Positions 50,192-63,400 of a stretch of DNA of 64,000 nt are shown here, piece after piece; within the stretch, counting starts at the first letter, position 1, and each line of letters begins with the position of its first letter. The DNA is from Nemertoderma westbladi (taxonomy: Eukaryota; Animalia; Xenacoelomorpha): assembly GCA_032718475.1 (NCBI GenBank), contig JAUCBJ010005181.1, positions 17,657 to 81,656 of the forward strand. Reading direction: 5' to 3'. Below the pieces are notes generated by a model that had not been told where the DNA came from, searched no databases, and was given only the letters and a program-made list of their open reading frames with translations. Made by a program: the position numbers and the translations under genes.

Positions 50192-51243
50192 AACAGTACT
50201 CATTTAGCTACAATTTACGGAAGGAAGAGATGATGAAACGTAAAAACGATGAAACGAAAAGAGATGGTGCCGAAACGAAAACTACCCTAGCCCCCATGAT
50301 GGGATCGAACCTACGACCCAAGTAGAACTGTGATTTCAATGCCACCGATTTAACCAACTACGTCAAGGTGGAATAACTTAAGTACTGTGATAGTAGTGAT
50401 CGTAAAACATAAATACAACGAAATACTGTTCAAAATTTATTTTCCAGTATAAACAATTTTCCGTGAACGTGGTACAGTATTTATGTTGTTAAAGAACTAG
50501 AAATTGGTAATTTTAACAAATTATGGTCATATGAACTTATAGGATATTAAATATACACTACTATACACACACCAAATATGCCTACTCAAAATATGAACAC
50601 TACTAAAGATATATCTAATAGTGATACTTAAGGTACATTGTGAAAGTGAAAGGTATATAAGCAATAAATATATTTATTGAATAAATACCATAAACAGTCA
50701 TTGGTCGTTGCTCTGTTTTTTCTAAACAAAATAACGAGTGCATAACGATTTCAAGTGAGTCCGTAACATTTTTTTCTGTGAGTCCGTAACGAACAATTTC
50801 TCTATAAATGAGGTTTACCACAATATGTTTCTGCTATTTACTTACAAATTTACAAAATTTGATGTATCTACCTCGCATTGTGAAAGTTATAACGTATGGC
50901 GTTAAAAATTTCAAGAGAATTTGTCAAAATAAAATTGGGTAATTTTTCTTTGTCCATTTGCATGTGAGTCCGTAACGGGCACTATATTTACAATATCCTA
51001 TGAATCTAATGAGATGCAACTTTTTTTAATAAGTCAAAGTAAAGATGTACCATTAATCCATCAGCCGATATAGGTAAATGTTATTTATATTGTAAAGTCA
51101 TTAATTAAATATGTCAATTAATTTCAAAAAATGAGTATGAATGTGAGTCAGTAACGATGGAATTGCCCTGTATTTATGCAATGTAAACTCTTTTAAACCT
51201 CCAAATACTGAAGGTGTCTCCAAAAGGTGAACCCCCCTATCCC
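49996..51243. mobile_element. Probable Kolobok-type element with nested insertions
   Basis: TTAA on both sides; left end poly-G-TCTCC versus right-end reverse complement GGGATAGGGGGGTTCACC (imperfect TIR). Confidence 0.45.
50101..50373 (-). mobile_element. tRNA-derived SINE with (TCTG)n/(TCAG)n microsatellite tail
   Basis: Minus strand: A box TGACGTAGTTGG, B box GGTTCGATCCC, TAAATGAGTAC core motif, tetranucleotide tail 50101-50192. Confidence 0.65.
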
Positions 51244-53096
51244 TTAAGCGGCCCTCTAGTTACGTTACGTAACAAATATTCGAGAACACCATAAATTATT
51301 TAACATTGAGTAAGGCAGCATCAGGAATTGAAGAGTACAATAATTTGAATTACAGTAACTATGGGAGCAATAGTAAAGTTCAATTTATTTGGTAAACACT
51401 ATATCGCTCTATATTTTATTAAAGAATTTTAAGCAACAAAAAAGTACAGTAGGCCTACCAACTTAAGAATATAGTATAATATTAGATATACATGGGAAAA
51501 AAACATAAAAATAAATGTAAATGTTTTTTTCAATATTCTCTCGTCCCTTAAATAACCTCGCTGATGCTCGGTAAATGAAACGCCTCGAGAATAGTGAAAA
51601 AAGTTCTACCTTTCACATGTAATAAATAATTATTGTTACCATTTTGGGTGGTGGAATATCCTAATATTCTGTAGGACACTTATTCACCCAACTGCTCTAC
51701 GAAACGTGACGTGGCTATTTATAATGCGGGCACAATAATCACAATAATTTATCTTTATTAATTATTAAATTACCTGCAACTCTATTGTAATAAGGAAAAG
51801 ATCTGAAACAATCCCACAGCTGCGAGATTATCGTTCTCGCAGCATATCTCGCATATCTCTTATCTCGCATATCTCTTATATCTCGCATTTCCCGCAAACT
51901 CAGCGAACTGAGTTTTATTTAGCTGCGTGTCCCCGAACCCGTAATGGTGGCCGGAGTGTAAAACATACAGTAGATCGGCCCCGTGAAGTCCTGGAGCCTT
52001 AGATACTAGCGATAGGGTTCGTTGCACAGTAGACTGTAAGGTCCTTCTTATACAGTAGTAGGCCTACATACTCTAATGGCTCGTTACTTCATATCAAGAA
52101 TTTGGTTGACTTACCATTAAAAATCAACTAGGTCCAAAATTTGAACTGCAACATCTGTTTTTATTTTCATTTTCGTTTATTGTTTTGGTTATAAAATACA
52201 TACCACTGCAACCCGCTCCTTTTCATTAATTTTTTAGTAGACTAAATACATTTTTTTAGAAATTAAGATCTAAAAAATGTTCGTTTCCATTCCATAGCAT
52301 ATCCAGAACCTACTGTATAATGGCACGAATGTAACGCTACTGAGACCAACACCACAAACATTGGTCCCATGTACCAATAATGCCAAATTCCGTTACGTAG
52401 GTATTGTACAGTAGCCGAGGTGTGTTGTTTAGCCCTCCAATATATTAATAAAAGTTTAACTACTGTATGATTATACTGTGCCTTAATAGGCCTACTATAT
52501 TACTTAGGCGAGCCAAATACTGTTCAATTTTACTGTAGTTACCCGCTGAGTCTCATATAAATTATTAAATTATCGTCATTTACTATACATATTTAGGTCC
52601 AAGACAAAGTCAATTAATTGTCCATTAATTTGCCATTGGGTACACTGCATATTATATATACAGAGGTTAGGAAAGGTCAAGTACTGTACTTATTGTAGAA
52701 ACAGCAATAGAAACCGCAATAATGGCAAGTAACGATAAATCGTGAAAAAATTGGGGTTCATTGAGCTCGTTTCCTTGGGAATGGATAAATTGTTCAAAAG
52801 AAGGTTATTGACCATTGCGCGCTTATTCATTTTACTTATGAATACATTTTGAACGATACATTCGTTGAACGACACATATTATAATTTAGTTCAATTTAAT
52901 TCATACATTTTGTATCAATATTTAGTATTATCAATTTAGTGTCAATTTTAGTACAGTATCAACTAATAACGATGTTTGCCATGCTGAATGTGCATTGCCA
53001 TGCTTTCGAGTGAATATTATTGGTCGTTTTAAATAATGTTTTTCAACTTAATTATTTCCCTTGGTATTATTATTGATCGATTTAAATGTAAATAAA

Positions 53097-55818
53097 ATGG
53101 CTTATAAACGTACCGCGTTGCTGGTATTTGTGATTCTATATTTTATGATAATAATGGATCCTGATACTGTATCGTGTTTGACTGCAGACCAAATATCGGC
53201 CTTCAATGGGGCGACATTGACTGTCAGTGCGTCCACTTTAAATCTAAGGTAACTGAAGTAACTACTGTAACTATAGCAAAATGGTCTGGCCGATAAATAA
53301 AATTAAGTGAATACGTCCGTAGGCCTATGTCAAAATTACATAATAGCTTCCGTGCTCCACTGGTAAGAAATACCGGTAAGTCATTTTGTTAACAAATATA
53401 AGATGGTGTCTCACGTATTAATACACATTTTTAGTTACATACAGTTGTTGATATGGTACCACACATTTTTACCCAAAGTAAGCAATCACAGGCCCCCACT
53501 CCCGCCTGACAAAAGTCGTATTTCAAAAGATGGAACATAGGACATACTGTATTGTAATCACTTTCGACTCATCATGGGTTGTAACTTACGAGTTATCATC
53601 AGTGAAGATACTCCCATTGAAACTAATTTTTTCGATGAGTTATTTTGCTATTTTGGTAGTGTTTAAAGTACTGAAGTATTGTGTGTACGTACTGTATAAC
53701 CTACTACGGTGTAACTTCTATTCACAGAAGTACTGGGACACAATATGGGCATACGATTGGTAGTTTTCCAAACAAGGGCAACCCCAACACTCCAACTACC
53801 CAGGACTATAATATCAACCTTCCCAATTCCCCAACCAAACAAGGTTCTCCACAATGTTTACCATTGGGACCCATTGGTTTTGCCACTAATGGTATCCCGA
53901 TATACAATGGTTAGATTTGTATAAAAATATATAGTCATACATGTCCTTGACTTAGTGGTGATTTATTTATATAGAGGTACAGGATAGAGGTACAAATAAT
54001 ATTAATTAATTTATATAAAAAATTAGACGTTTGCTGTCAATTTGCGCCATATTAGCTCAATAAGAGATTCACATAAAAAGTTATACTGTATTACGCTAGC
54101 AGATGCACAGCTTCTACTAAATAAAGTGGAGAGGGCTGCTAAGGAGGTTGGATTGCATATAAATGCTACCAAGACCGAATTCATGACCTTTAATGTTGAT
54201 GGAAACTTGACAACCATTGATAATAATCAACTAAGGAAGGTTGACGACTTCCAGTACCTTGGATCATGGATAGAGAGTAGCAAAAAGGACATAGAAGTTA
54301 GGAAAGCAAAGGCTTGGGTAGCTCTATCAAAAATGGATACCATCTGGAAATCAGATCTCTCCAGGCACCTGGACTACAGTACTAAGGGCAGCACTAAACA
54401 TCAGATGGAGACAACACACATGACAAACGCTGAGCTATATGGTACTAGTACTGTATACCACCTGTATCAAACACCCTCCGTGAACGCAGATTAAGATTCA
54501 GTGTGCACTGCTGGAGAAGTAAAAAACACGAGGTCATACCAGATCTACTTTTCTGGCAAACAACACAAGGAAAGCGTACCCGTGGACGATCGGCTATAAC
54601 ATATATAGACCAGCTTGAAAGGGATACTGAACTTGGTAGAAACGAAATTGCGACAACTATGGAGAATCTGGAAGTCTGGAAGGATCTCATTTCCACTGTC
54701 CGAGTTCGCTCGACCTAGTAGTAGTTAGTATTATAAGTTCCCACATAAATAGAGGCCGGCCTAACTGTAGAAGTTTTTAGCTCGAAATGCTGCAAGGTGC
54801 AAAATAGGCCACACGGAAATAAGTCGTCAGACACGTCATCCATGGCCTCTATCGGTCTGGGATAACTTCAATTATTTTTTTACACACTGTATTTCCTTAT
54901 GTACAGTATTATAATTATAATGTTTCTATTAATAACCAGCGTTCACAGCAGACATGACGGACGCGGTGGTAAACGAGATATTCGACTCGTGTAACGGCCA
55001 CCCAGACGACAGGGGGCGCTACCATTACCACCAGATACCGGTGTGTCTGCGCGACCAAGGTTCGGGTAACCAGAGACTACTGGGTGTCGCCCTCGATGGA
55101 TTCCCTATATACGATAACACGGACGAGGATGGAAAGACTCTCTTCGCTAAAGGTATACCATCAAAAGTCCCGAATAGTTCGCTTCCGATAACTTCAGCGT
55201 CTGTATAATCTAATCCGTGTAAGACTAATCCGGTTTTGCATACAGTTTTAATTAGGCTTTGGACCTGACCAACTGACCCTAACAAAAAAAACAAAGAAAT
55301 AAATCCAAGTTAAAGTGCTGTACGGCACGCTAGGACTACTGCAGTATTATTATACTGTAAGTCTATAGGGTGGGGGGCAGATTGGCCTTGGACAGTTTGG
55401 CGTGCGATGTTAGTTTTACTTTTACATAATAGGACTACCACATTATTATATGACCTATTATTGAATGGAATATTATTAATTAACGCCACATAAAATGAAT
55501 TTCTTTCATTATTATCATTGGTCTCCATTTTATGTTGCAGATTTGGACGAATGTAACGGCCGTATTGGGGCTGACGGGAGTTACGGATACCACATAACAA
55601 CCGATTGGCCTTACACTCTGGGCTGTTTCTCTGGGAGTCTGCATGTCGGCTACGTGACCCCTCGTGGTCCGTGTTCCTGGCCCAATGGTGTTGTCGCTAT
55701 GTCTGCCGTCTCACTGATGTCGCCTGTGGTTTTGATTGTTCACATTTTGTTATCCCTGTTGAAAATTAATACTATATTTGTTAAGTTACTGCCTAGTCGG
55801 CCCTCTATTTTCTACTAA
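53097..55818 (+). CDS. YHYH-domain protein, secreted, possibly GPI- or membrane-anchored; exons 53097-53248, 53728-53909, 54940-55152, 55541-55818; ~274 aa
   Basis: Hydrophobic N-terminus; H..GSFPN..NPN..QDY; LPLGPIGFATNGIPIYN; DSCNGHP..YHYH; LLGVALDGFPIY; DLDECNGR..YGYHIT..WPY..GCFSG; hydrophobic C-terminal stretch; GT-AG introns with phases 2,1,1. Confidence 0.87.
54085..54730 (+). mobile_element. 5'-truncated RTE-clade non-LTR retrotransposon fragment in YHYH intron 2
   Basis: AQLLLNKVERAAKEVGLHINATKTEFM..VDDFQYLGSWI..DIEVRKAKAW (RT C-terminus); GKRTRGRSAITYIDQL; (TAG)n tail. Confidence 0.8.
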
Positions 55819-56078
55819 GAATTTAGCAAGTACTTTGGAATTTTTACAAGCAATTAAACAGTACTTAGCAAATTTGAGAGTTTGTAACGTTCACTTGGTA
55901 CGGTTAGCAAGCCCAATATAAGTACTTCGTAAGTCTTCCAAGTTTATAGCAAGCACTTGATAAGTTTCACTGGATCATTCCATGCACTTATTAGGTTTTC
56001 CAAGTTTACAGCAAGTTTTATCAAGGCCATAAACAAGTACTTACTATGTCTCCCAAGTTCGGATGCCACATTTCACCC

Positions 56079-56345
56079 TTTGACAGGCTCATTATTAACA
56101 GAAAACATTAAATGATTATAACCTCATAGCAGTCAAATGCGTTTAAACATTTAAATGTTTTTCACCCAGGTGAAAAACATTTTTCACCCGGGTGAAACAA
56201 AGTTTATCACACGCGTGAAAAACATTTATCACCCGGGTGAAAAACATTTTTCACCCGAGTGAAAAACATTTAAATGTTTAAACGCATTTGACTGCTATGA
56301 GGTTATAATCATTTAATGTTTTCTGTTAATAATGAGCCTGTCAAA
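56079..56345. repeat. Perfect 87-bp inverted repeat (56079-56165 / 56259-56345) around palindromic subrepeats
   Basis: Arms are exact reverse complements; the 93-bp spacer is made of TTTTCACCCGGGTGAAAA-like units; a second cluster lies at 56408-56520. Confidence 0.93.
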
Positions 56346-56762
56346 AATTGTAGTTACTACAGTAGAAACTGCAGGCATTGCTGTTACTGTTAGTCACTGT
56401 GATAATAATGTTTTTCACCTGGGTGATAAATGTTTTTCACCCGGGTGATACATGTTTTTCACCCGGGTGATAAATATTTTCACCCGGGTGAAAAAGGTTT
56501 TTCACCCGGGTGATAAACATATTAAAAAATGCAAATGATTGGCCGCAATCAGCCACCGTAACAATAGTATATTATTTCAACAAAACATTACCGGTAATGA
56601 ATAAGAACAAAAACAAAATAATGAATCGCTGTTCAAGCAATAATAATATCCAACATAATAATTATATTTGTACAAAACATGAAGATCACAACATGAAAAG
56701 ATTACAACAATAAACATATGAGAACAAATAACATACAATAACATATGGGAACTCTGATTATT

Positions 56763-58973
56763 CTAGTCGTGCTCGGTATCGTTAATACATGGTACTGCAA
56801 ATATTCTTTTACGGTAATGTACTGCAATAAAGTAATTACTGAGTTCGGAAGCCAATAAAACTTTCTTTCCTGATGGTATAATTATATGTACAGGGCAGTA
56901 CTTTCTAAGACATTCACGAGATTTAAATTCTCGTGGCATACAGTCATTTGGAATAAAGTTTAGCAATAAGGAAGAGGAATAGGTAGAGCAAAGGCAATAA
57001 AAATTATCATCAGTTGATAAAATAATGTGCTCAATTTTAACAAATTGTTTCTGACCATCAACAATCGTAAATGCATAGTATGAGGCAGAATTTCTCTTGT
57101 AAGTGTATGTTGAAGAATGAAAAATTAAACTTTTCACACATATTCTATAAGCAATTCCTTTCAAATTATATAAATTTACTTTGTATGTATTTGCGACATC
57201 CGATGGCAAATATGATGCAGGCAAAAGCTTACCTATAAGAGAAACTTCAAACTCTCCAGAACTAAAATCACTGCGGAATTTATACCATTGTTCTTTCTTT
57301 ATATTCTTATATCTCAAAAAGTTCTTGGCTATTTGAACAGCCTCATTTGTGTTTCCTTGAACAAAGCGTTTAAGAAAGTGGAAGGCACTTTCAAACATAG
57401 ATGCCGAGGACGTGGACAACGAGCCGAAATACCCTACTTGTAGAGGTAAATGTTCAAGAGCGTGAACCGATAAGGTTTGGATTCCATCTCCAAATAATCT
57501 ATGAACGGCTTCCCTGAAACAAGTGATTAGAATTTCGGCGGCATCAACTTCAGTATTATCAACACTGTCATTCAATAGTAAATATAATACTGTCGAAAAA
57601 CATGCAATCGTAACAACGATTTGACTATCTACATCAGAAGAGTAAAATAAACTTACTGCAAAGTAAAGAAAGAAATTTTTGAGTTCTGTAGCTTTCCAAT
57701 GGCGGAGACGATCTAAGGATCGAGGAGAACGAGTAAAATGAACTGGGACTTTAATAACTTCTAGGATAGATGACATTGCGGTTAAGTTGATATGATGTTT
57801 CTTTGTTAGATATAATAATAGAGTCTTTCCAATCCCCAAATACAGCATATGCATTGGGTCAAAAGGAGCCGCTAACGGAGTATTTATCACCTCATTTAGA
57901 GGTGAAACACCTTTGACACCACATTGGGGATGTTGATTTGTAATAGCCCTAATGGCAGATTGAATATGTGACTCGTGGTCTCTTAGTTCTGCAGGGGAAG
58001 AACTAAATGGAAAAATCATTTTTTTCAAATTCTTATCGTAAACACCACAAACTAAACACCATGGGCACCCATAATATGCATTATAATGCATAATATTCAA
58101 TGCATCCGCTCTTGCGGGAAGATCTGCTACAAAAAGGACTAGCTTGATCACTATGAGTTCACCATTATGGTTAAGTTCAAATGCTTTAATTGAATCAATA
58201 GCCGTTGCCATTAGAAACAGGATGTCGGGTTTATTAATTCCATGATATAAAGAAACCAATAAAATGTTTTCAAATTTCCTACGCTGATATGGTGGGAGAT
58301 TAATTATGCTACACAAGACTGGCCACAATTTAAAACCTTTAGATTTGTGAACAGGTACCACGCCGTCGGTATTAATGTTTAAATATAATGTATTACTATT
58401 TAATGGGCCATTAAATAATTCACCTGATGTAATATCTGAATATACACCTGACATTGCACCACTCACAACTTCTTGCGGAGCACGACAAATATTTGGAAAT
58501 GCCATAAATAATGTTCTAACTTGTTCTTCTAGATTTACATTATAATAGGTACCATCATCCTTGTCTTTCTTCACAACATAAAAATCATTCAATTCTGTAG
58601 GTTTTTTTAAATCTCTAAAATTCGGACAGCTGTTGGGAGATGGCAAGCATTCAGTGATGAATTCTAAAATTTATTTTGCTCCACAATCAGTTATATGATG
58701 CTTTGAAATTAGAGTTTTAAAAGTTAATGAAAATGTGGAAACCAACATATCGGACCCTGAGAAAATGTAATCTGCATCATAAAAATCGCTTTCACATGAA
58801 GTGCTGCAGCCATCAAAACTCCGCGAAGAAACACTTTCAACAGATTCATCAAATGGGATAGGTGACGATGTTGTATATCTATCAAAATGGCAAAAATTTG
58901 AATATGATTCAACAGGCATTTCAGGTTGAGGTTCACGTTGCGCAAGGCTAGCACCGCTTGTCGTATCACTCAT
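56763..58973 (-). pseudogene. CACTA/EnSpm-type transposase with one in-frame stop (58671-58673)
   Basis: NINTDGV..LWPV..INLPP..NILL; FVADLPARA..YYGCPWC; GVKGVSPL; FDPMHMLYLG; RSPRSL..WKATELKNF; SVHALEHL..GSL..SASMFES; the upstream ORF 58671-58973 is in the same frame. Confidence 0.85.
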
Positions 58974-58992
58974 GCGATTGCTGTGATTGAGG

Positions 58993-59949
58993 TTACTTTG
59001 AACACAAACGAAAGAAACAAACGAAGATCAAATGTTTATTGTTTAGGTTAGGCATAGAATATAAGGCCAAGGCCACTGTAAAAAATTTGTTTAATTCAAT
59101 TCGATGCCAGTCCCTACTAACCTGACTCGGAGTATTAACACCAGTGTGACCTCCACGTGTCACCACACGAGAAACTCCCCTACCTCGAGAAACTCTTTGG
59201 GACCCTTCGTTATCGTTACTTTTACCACGTATTATTTTCTGAGCTAACTGACTTGTACGGCGCCTCTTAGAATTATATATGTCGTTCCCAAGTTGATTAA
59301 CAGCAACCACAGCTGATCTAATCTCACCAGCATCTATCTCCTCATCAAAACTAAACCTAGAAACAACAGCTTTCTTAAACAACCCAGAACGTGTCGGCGA
59401 ATGGGGTATCCGTTGAGTTGCCAAAATTCTCTGTGGGAATAATATGCCCTCCGCTAACTCTTTATCTGACCATAATTTGCGGGCCACCAACTGCCCATAT
59501 GCCACAGGGTCAAGATTTTTTGGCCCTATTGTGGCCAAATTTTTTCCATCGAATAGTACAGGATCGCCATCAGTAATGGTCGATGATCTAATGTTCCCTG
59601 GTGAAGAACTTGTACCGGTAGTTTCTCTTTTTATGAATCTCACTATCGATTTATGAAGTTTTTCAGTTTTCTTTAACTGCTTTTTTTGTACCGTTAACGA
59701 CTTTTGTAGTAGTCGGTTGTTATTTAACATAATCTTATACATGCGATTGCGATTATCACCACCGGTATCGGTAACACCAACATCCGAATCAACAATTGTG
59801 TCCGCTGTGTCATTGTCATCATTAATAGCACTACCGGTACTGGAATCATCCGACATGTCGGCGTCACCAGCACTACTATGTTCCCCACCTTCCGTCCACT
59901 GATGGGATAGTGGAAGATCGACATCAATATCAGGCAAGGTAAGACTTAC
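58993..59949 (-). CDS. Transposon accessory ORF (acidic linker, coiled segment, BEN-like domain), 5' end cut by the LINE
   Basis: YGQLVARKLWSDKELAEGIL..SPTRSGLFKKAV resembles a BEN domain; lies just upstream of the transposase on the same strand. Confidence 0.5.
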   Translation of the reverse strand, partial: VSLTLPDIDVDLPLSHQWTEGGEHSSAGDADMSDDSSTGSAINDDNDTADTIVDSDVGVTDTGGDNRNRMYKIMLNNNRLLQKSLTVQKKQLKKTEKLHKSIVRFIKRETTGTSSSPGNIRSSTITDGDPVLFDGKNLATIGPKNLDPVAYGQLVARKLWSDKELAEGILFPQRILATQRIPHSPTRSGLFKKAVVSRFSFDEEIDAGEIRSAVVAVNQLGNDIYNSKRRRTSQLAQKIIRGKSNDNEGSQRVSRGRGVSRVVTRGGHTGVNTPSQVSRDWHRIELNKFFTVALALYSMPNLNNKHLIFVCFFRLCSK

Positions 59950-60439
59950 GTTGAAGTTGAAGTTGAAGTTTTTTATTGGACGCCAAATTATAGTAATAGT
60001 GCCTACTGTAAAACGAACACAAAGCATATTAAAATTACGAAACATATTAAAATTGACAGCATAAATAGACATACTTAATGATCGGCCCTGCATAACGTTC
60101 CAGCATTCTGACAACATTTACAACAAAATTAAAAATAACGTTAACCTGTTAACACAGTAACACTATTTAAAAATAATATGGTGCACCTAGGATAGCCCCA
60201 TGAGGTTATACCTCGTTTCCATGGGGGTCCTATTTAAAATTCATTCTATTAATTAGCGCTCATCAAATACGGCATGAGAGTAAAAATTTAATTAAATAAA
60301 ATAAATAAAATAAAATATATGAAAAGTGCAATACAATGTAAGATTTAATTAAAATATCTAAAAATAATGATCTAGAAGCAGTAAAGAGACTGAGTTTATT
60401 TGTAAATATTTACTATGATTGTTAATTATCTAAAAGTTT

Positions 60440-63400
60440 TTAAAAAAAATAAATATAGTTTGATTTGTCGCCTGATAGTAGTTTAAAGAAGTAGTACTTT
60501 TTTACGCTATGTTTGAAGCTTTCTAGTGACACACTGTTTTTGATGTCATCAGGGAGCTTATTCCAGAGTTTTGGCGCCGCAAACGAGAAGCACTCTGTGC
60601 CTGATACGGTTTTACGGCGTGGGACGACGGCCCTGTGCGTGTTGCCTCTTAGATTGATGTTGGCCGTATTGAGTGTAACGAGGGATCTCAGGTAAGGCGG
60701 CGAAAGCTCTCGAGTAATGCGATACATATGGGTGACGATAGTTTGGTCGATACGGTAGTCTAAGGGTAGCCACGCCATCTCCGCGAAGTGCTGGACGGTT
60801 ACGTGCTCTCGCCGGTGTAAACTCAGACAAAATCGCACGCACTTTCGTTGAAGTGCATGTAATTGGCTTTTTAGCTGTTTGCTGGCACTGGAATACCAGC
60901 ATGATGCAACAAAGTCTAAGTGAGGTTGAATCAGGGTGTTACATAACAACCGTTTGGTTTCATAATCAAGCAGGGCACTCTTACGATAAAGAAAACGAAG
61001 AGTCGAGTTGCCTCGTTTAATCACCTTCGATGCCATAGGATTTCCTGATAGAGACGATTCCAACATACAGCCAAGATATTTCACTGACGTTTGTTGTTCT
61101 ATTTTTTTACTCGCACACTCGATGTCTAATGGTTCTGCAGAATTCACGCGTTGGTGGGTCCCAAACAGAATACTCTTTGTTTTTCCAAAGTTTAGTGATA
61201 GTTTATTGTCGGTTGCCCACATGAATATATTATTTAGTTTCGATGAGAGAACCGCAGAAATAACATTTGCATTGTTATGGGAATAGAGAACATTGGCATC
61301 ATCTGCGAGCTTCAGTGAGATGCAATTTGAGTCTATGACGATTCCAGTAGTGGATGTATGCTTAGTTATTGGAGGTCCAATGGATGTACATAGCGGCGGG
61401 CTGGGAAGAATTGCCAGATCCATGTCATTAACATATATGAGGAACAGTAGCACTGCGAGAAGAGCACCTTGTGGAACGCCAGCCTTTATTAAAGCCTCTG
61501 CGGAGTACACATTCCCAATAAATACGCGCTGTTTTCGATCTGAGAGATAAGAACGGAACCAATTCACTGCTGAAGCGTCGAACCCAATTAACCGTAGTTT
61601 CTCTAATAGGATTGTATGATCGACCGTATCAAAGGCCTTTTGTAAGTCAATAAGTAGAACTCCCGTCACCAACCCGTTGTCGACTGCTTCTCTAATGTAA
61701 TTGTTCATGAATAGTAGGCATGTCTCTACAGAATAGTTTTTGCGGAATCCTGATTGCAGTTGATCGAGGATATTGTGAAAAATCAAGAATTCGACAAACT
61801 GAATGAACACGACTCGTTCCAATACTTTCGATAAAATGACTAAGAGCGCCACAGGTCTGAAATTACCCTTTTGCAATCTGCAATCGCGTTTGAATAGTGG
61901 CTTTACTTTGGCAGTCTTATACGTAGTGGGAAAAGTTGATGATGAGATTGATAGGTTTACTAGATGGGTCACCGACTCAGCGATTACGGAGCTGCAGTCA
62001 CGCAGGAAGCCAGGACTGATTCCATCAATTCCAGAACTTTTATCCACTGCAAGTTCATTTAGAATAGTAAGAACCTCTGAGTTGTCCACAATTTTTAAGG
62101 TAAACGAATTAAGTGGGATTCCTTTGTCTCTGTAGAATTGATTGACAACATTTAAATTATATCTACCTGATGCAGCGGGTAATTGTTCCAATAGAGTACC
62201 TGCAATCGATGTAAAGTATTGATTGAATTCTTCCGCTATTGAAATGGGGTCAGTAATCAATACATTATTTGATCTGATACTAGTGATGCTAGAGTTCTTG
62301 GACACGTTTTTCTTTGATGGGGCACCAATAGCCTTTAGCTCCTTCCAGAGTTTCTTGGAATCGGACTTGTACATATGGAGTTTTTGCTTTATGTATGAGT
62401 TTTTCGCATTTGCAATTGCTGTTGCGGTGGATGAAGCAATATCTTTAAAATGTTGCTCATTTACAATAGTTTTATTACGTTTGAAGGAGTTTCGAGCATT
62501 ATTTCTTTCACTAATTTTTTTAAGAATTTCTGCGTTGATCCATGGTTCAGAGTCAATCCTAATACGAACTTTGTGCATCGGTGCCAGCTTGTCTAACACC
62601 TCTTGAAGTGTCTCAGTAAGTGCACGTGCCGCTTCGTTTACATTGGTCGCTGTTAACACGGTAGCCAGTTTGGTGTTGTTCATTAACTCATTGTGGGCAG
62701 ATTCTTTGGAATAATTTTTATATGATCTACAATCGCGGTAAGTGTGATTTCCTTTGGTCAGTTTTTGTTTCTTTCTAGTTAAATACACCATGTGATGGTC
62801 GCTAAGGCCCGTATTAATTACCCCAGAAGCTGCTACAAGATCCAGATTGGATGCAAATATATGATCAATTGTTGTGGAGGAGGAGGTAGTAACTCTTGTT
62901 GCTTCTTTGATTATCTGTTTCATTGACGATGAGTGGCAGAACGACATAAGATGTTGGACAGGAGCTGACGATGGTAGCACGCCACAATACTTGTATGCAC
63001 TACTGCAGCTAGTAGGTCCAGAATTAAGCTTCGAAGTATCTGCATTGGTATCACCTAGGATGTAGACTTCTTTGTATGCCGATGTGTCACCCAGGCAGTT
63101 ATCCAAGTCAAGGAAGAATTTACATGAGAATTCTGAGTGTGGATTGTATATTACTCCTACCAGAATAGGTTTGGTAGCTGGCAGATAAATTGTGCATATC
63201 AAAGATTCTATGCCACGACCTTCGTCATTGAGTTCATCATCTATAGTGTAATTAATATTGTCGGATATGTACATTGCCACACCCCCTCCTTGTCTGTTGC
63301 GATCATAACGAATTATTGAGTAGCCTGGAACACATATTTCATTGTCTGTAATGGTTTCATCAAGCCAAGTTTCAGATAAAGCTAATATATCAATTCTTTG

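Larger units (their letters stand above)
56076..59949 (-). mobile_element. CACTA/EnSpm (CMC)-type DNA transposon, 3' part; interrupted by a LINE, 5' end outside the window
   Basis: Transposase plus accessory ORF; candidate CCC terminus at 56076; subterminal palindromic repeats TTTTCACCCGGGTGAAAA. Confidence 0.72.

Noticed and set aside
31096-58673. Stop-codon readthrough or an alternative genetic code suggested by in-frame stops in transposon ORFs
   Set aside because: The stops are a mix of TGA and TAA, explained by single substitutions in dead elements; host genes terminate normally.
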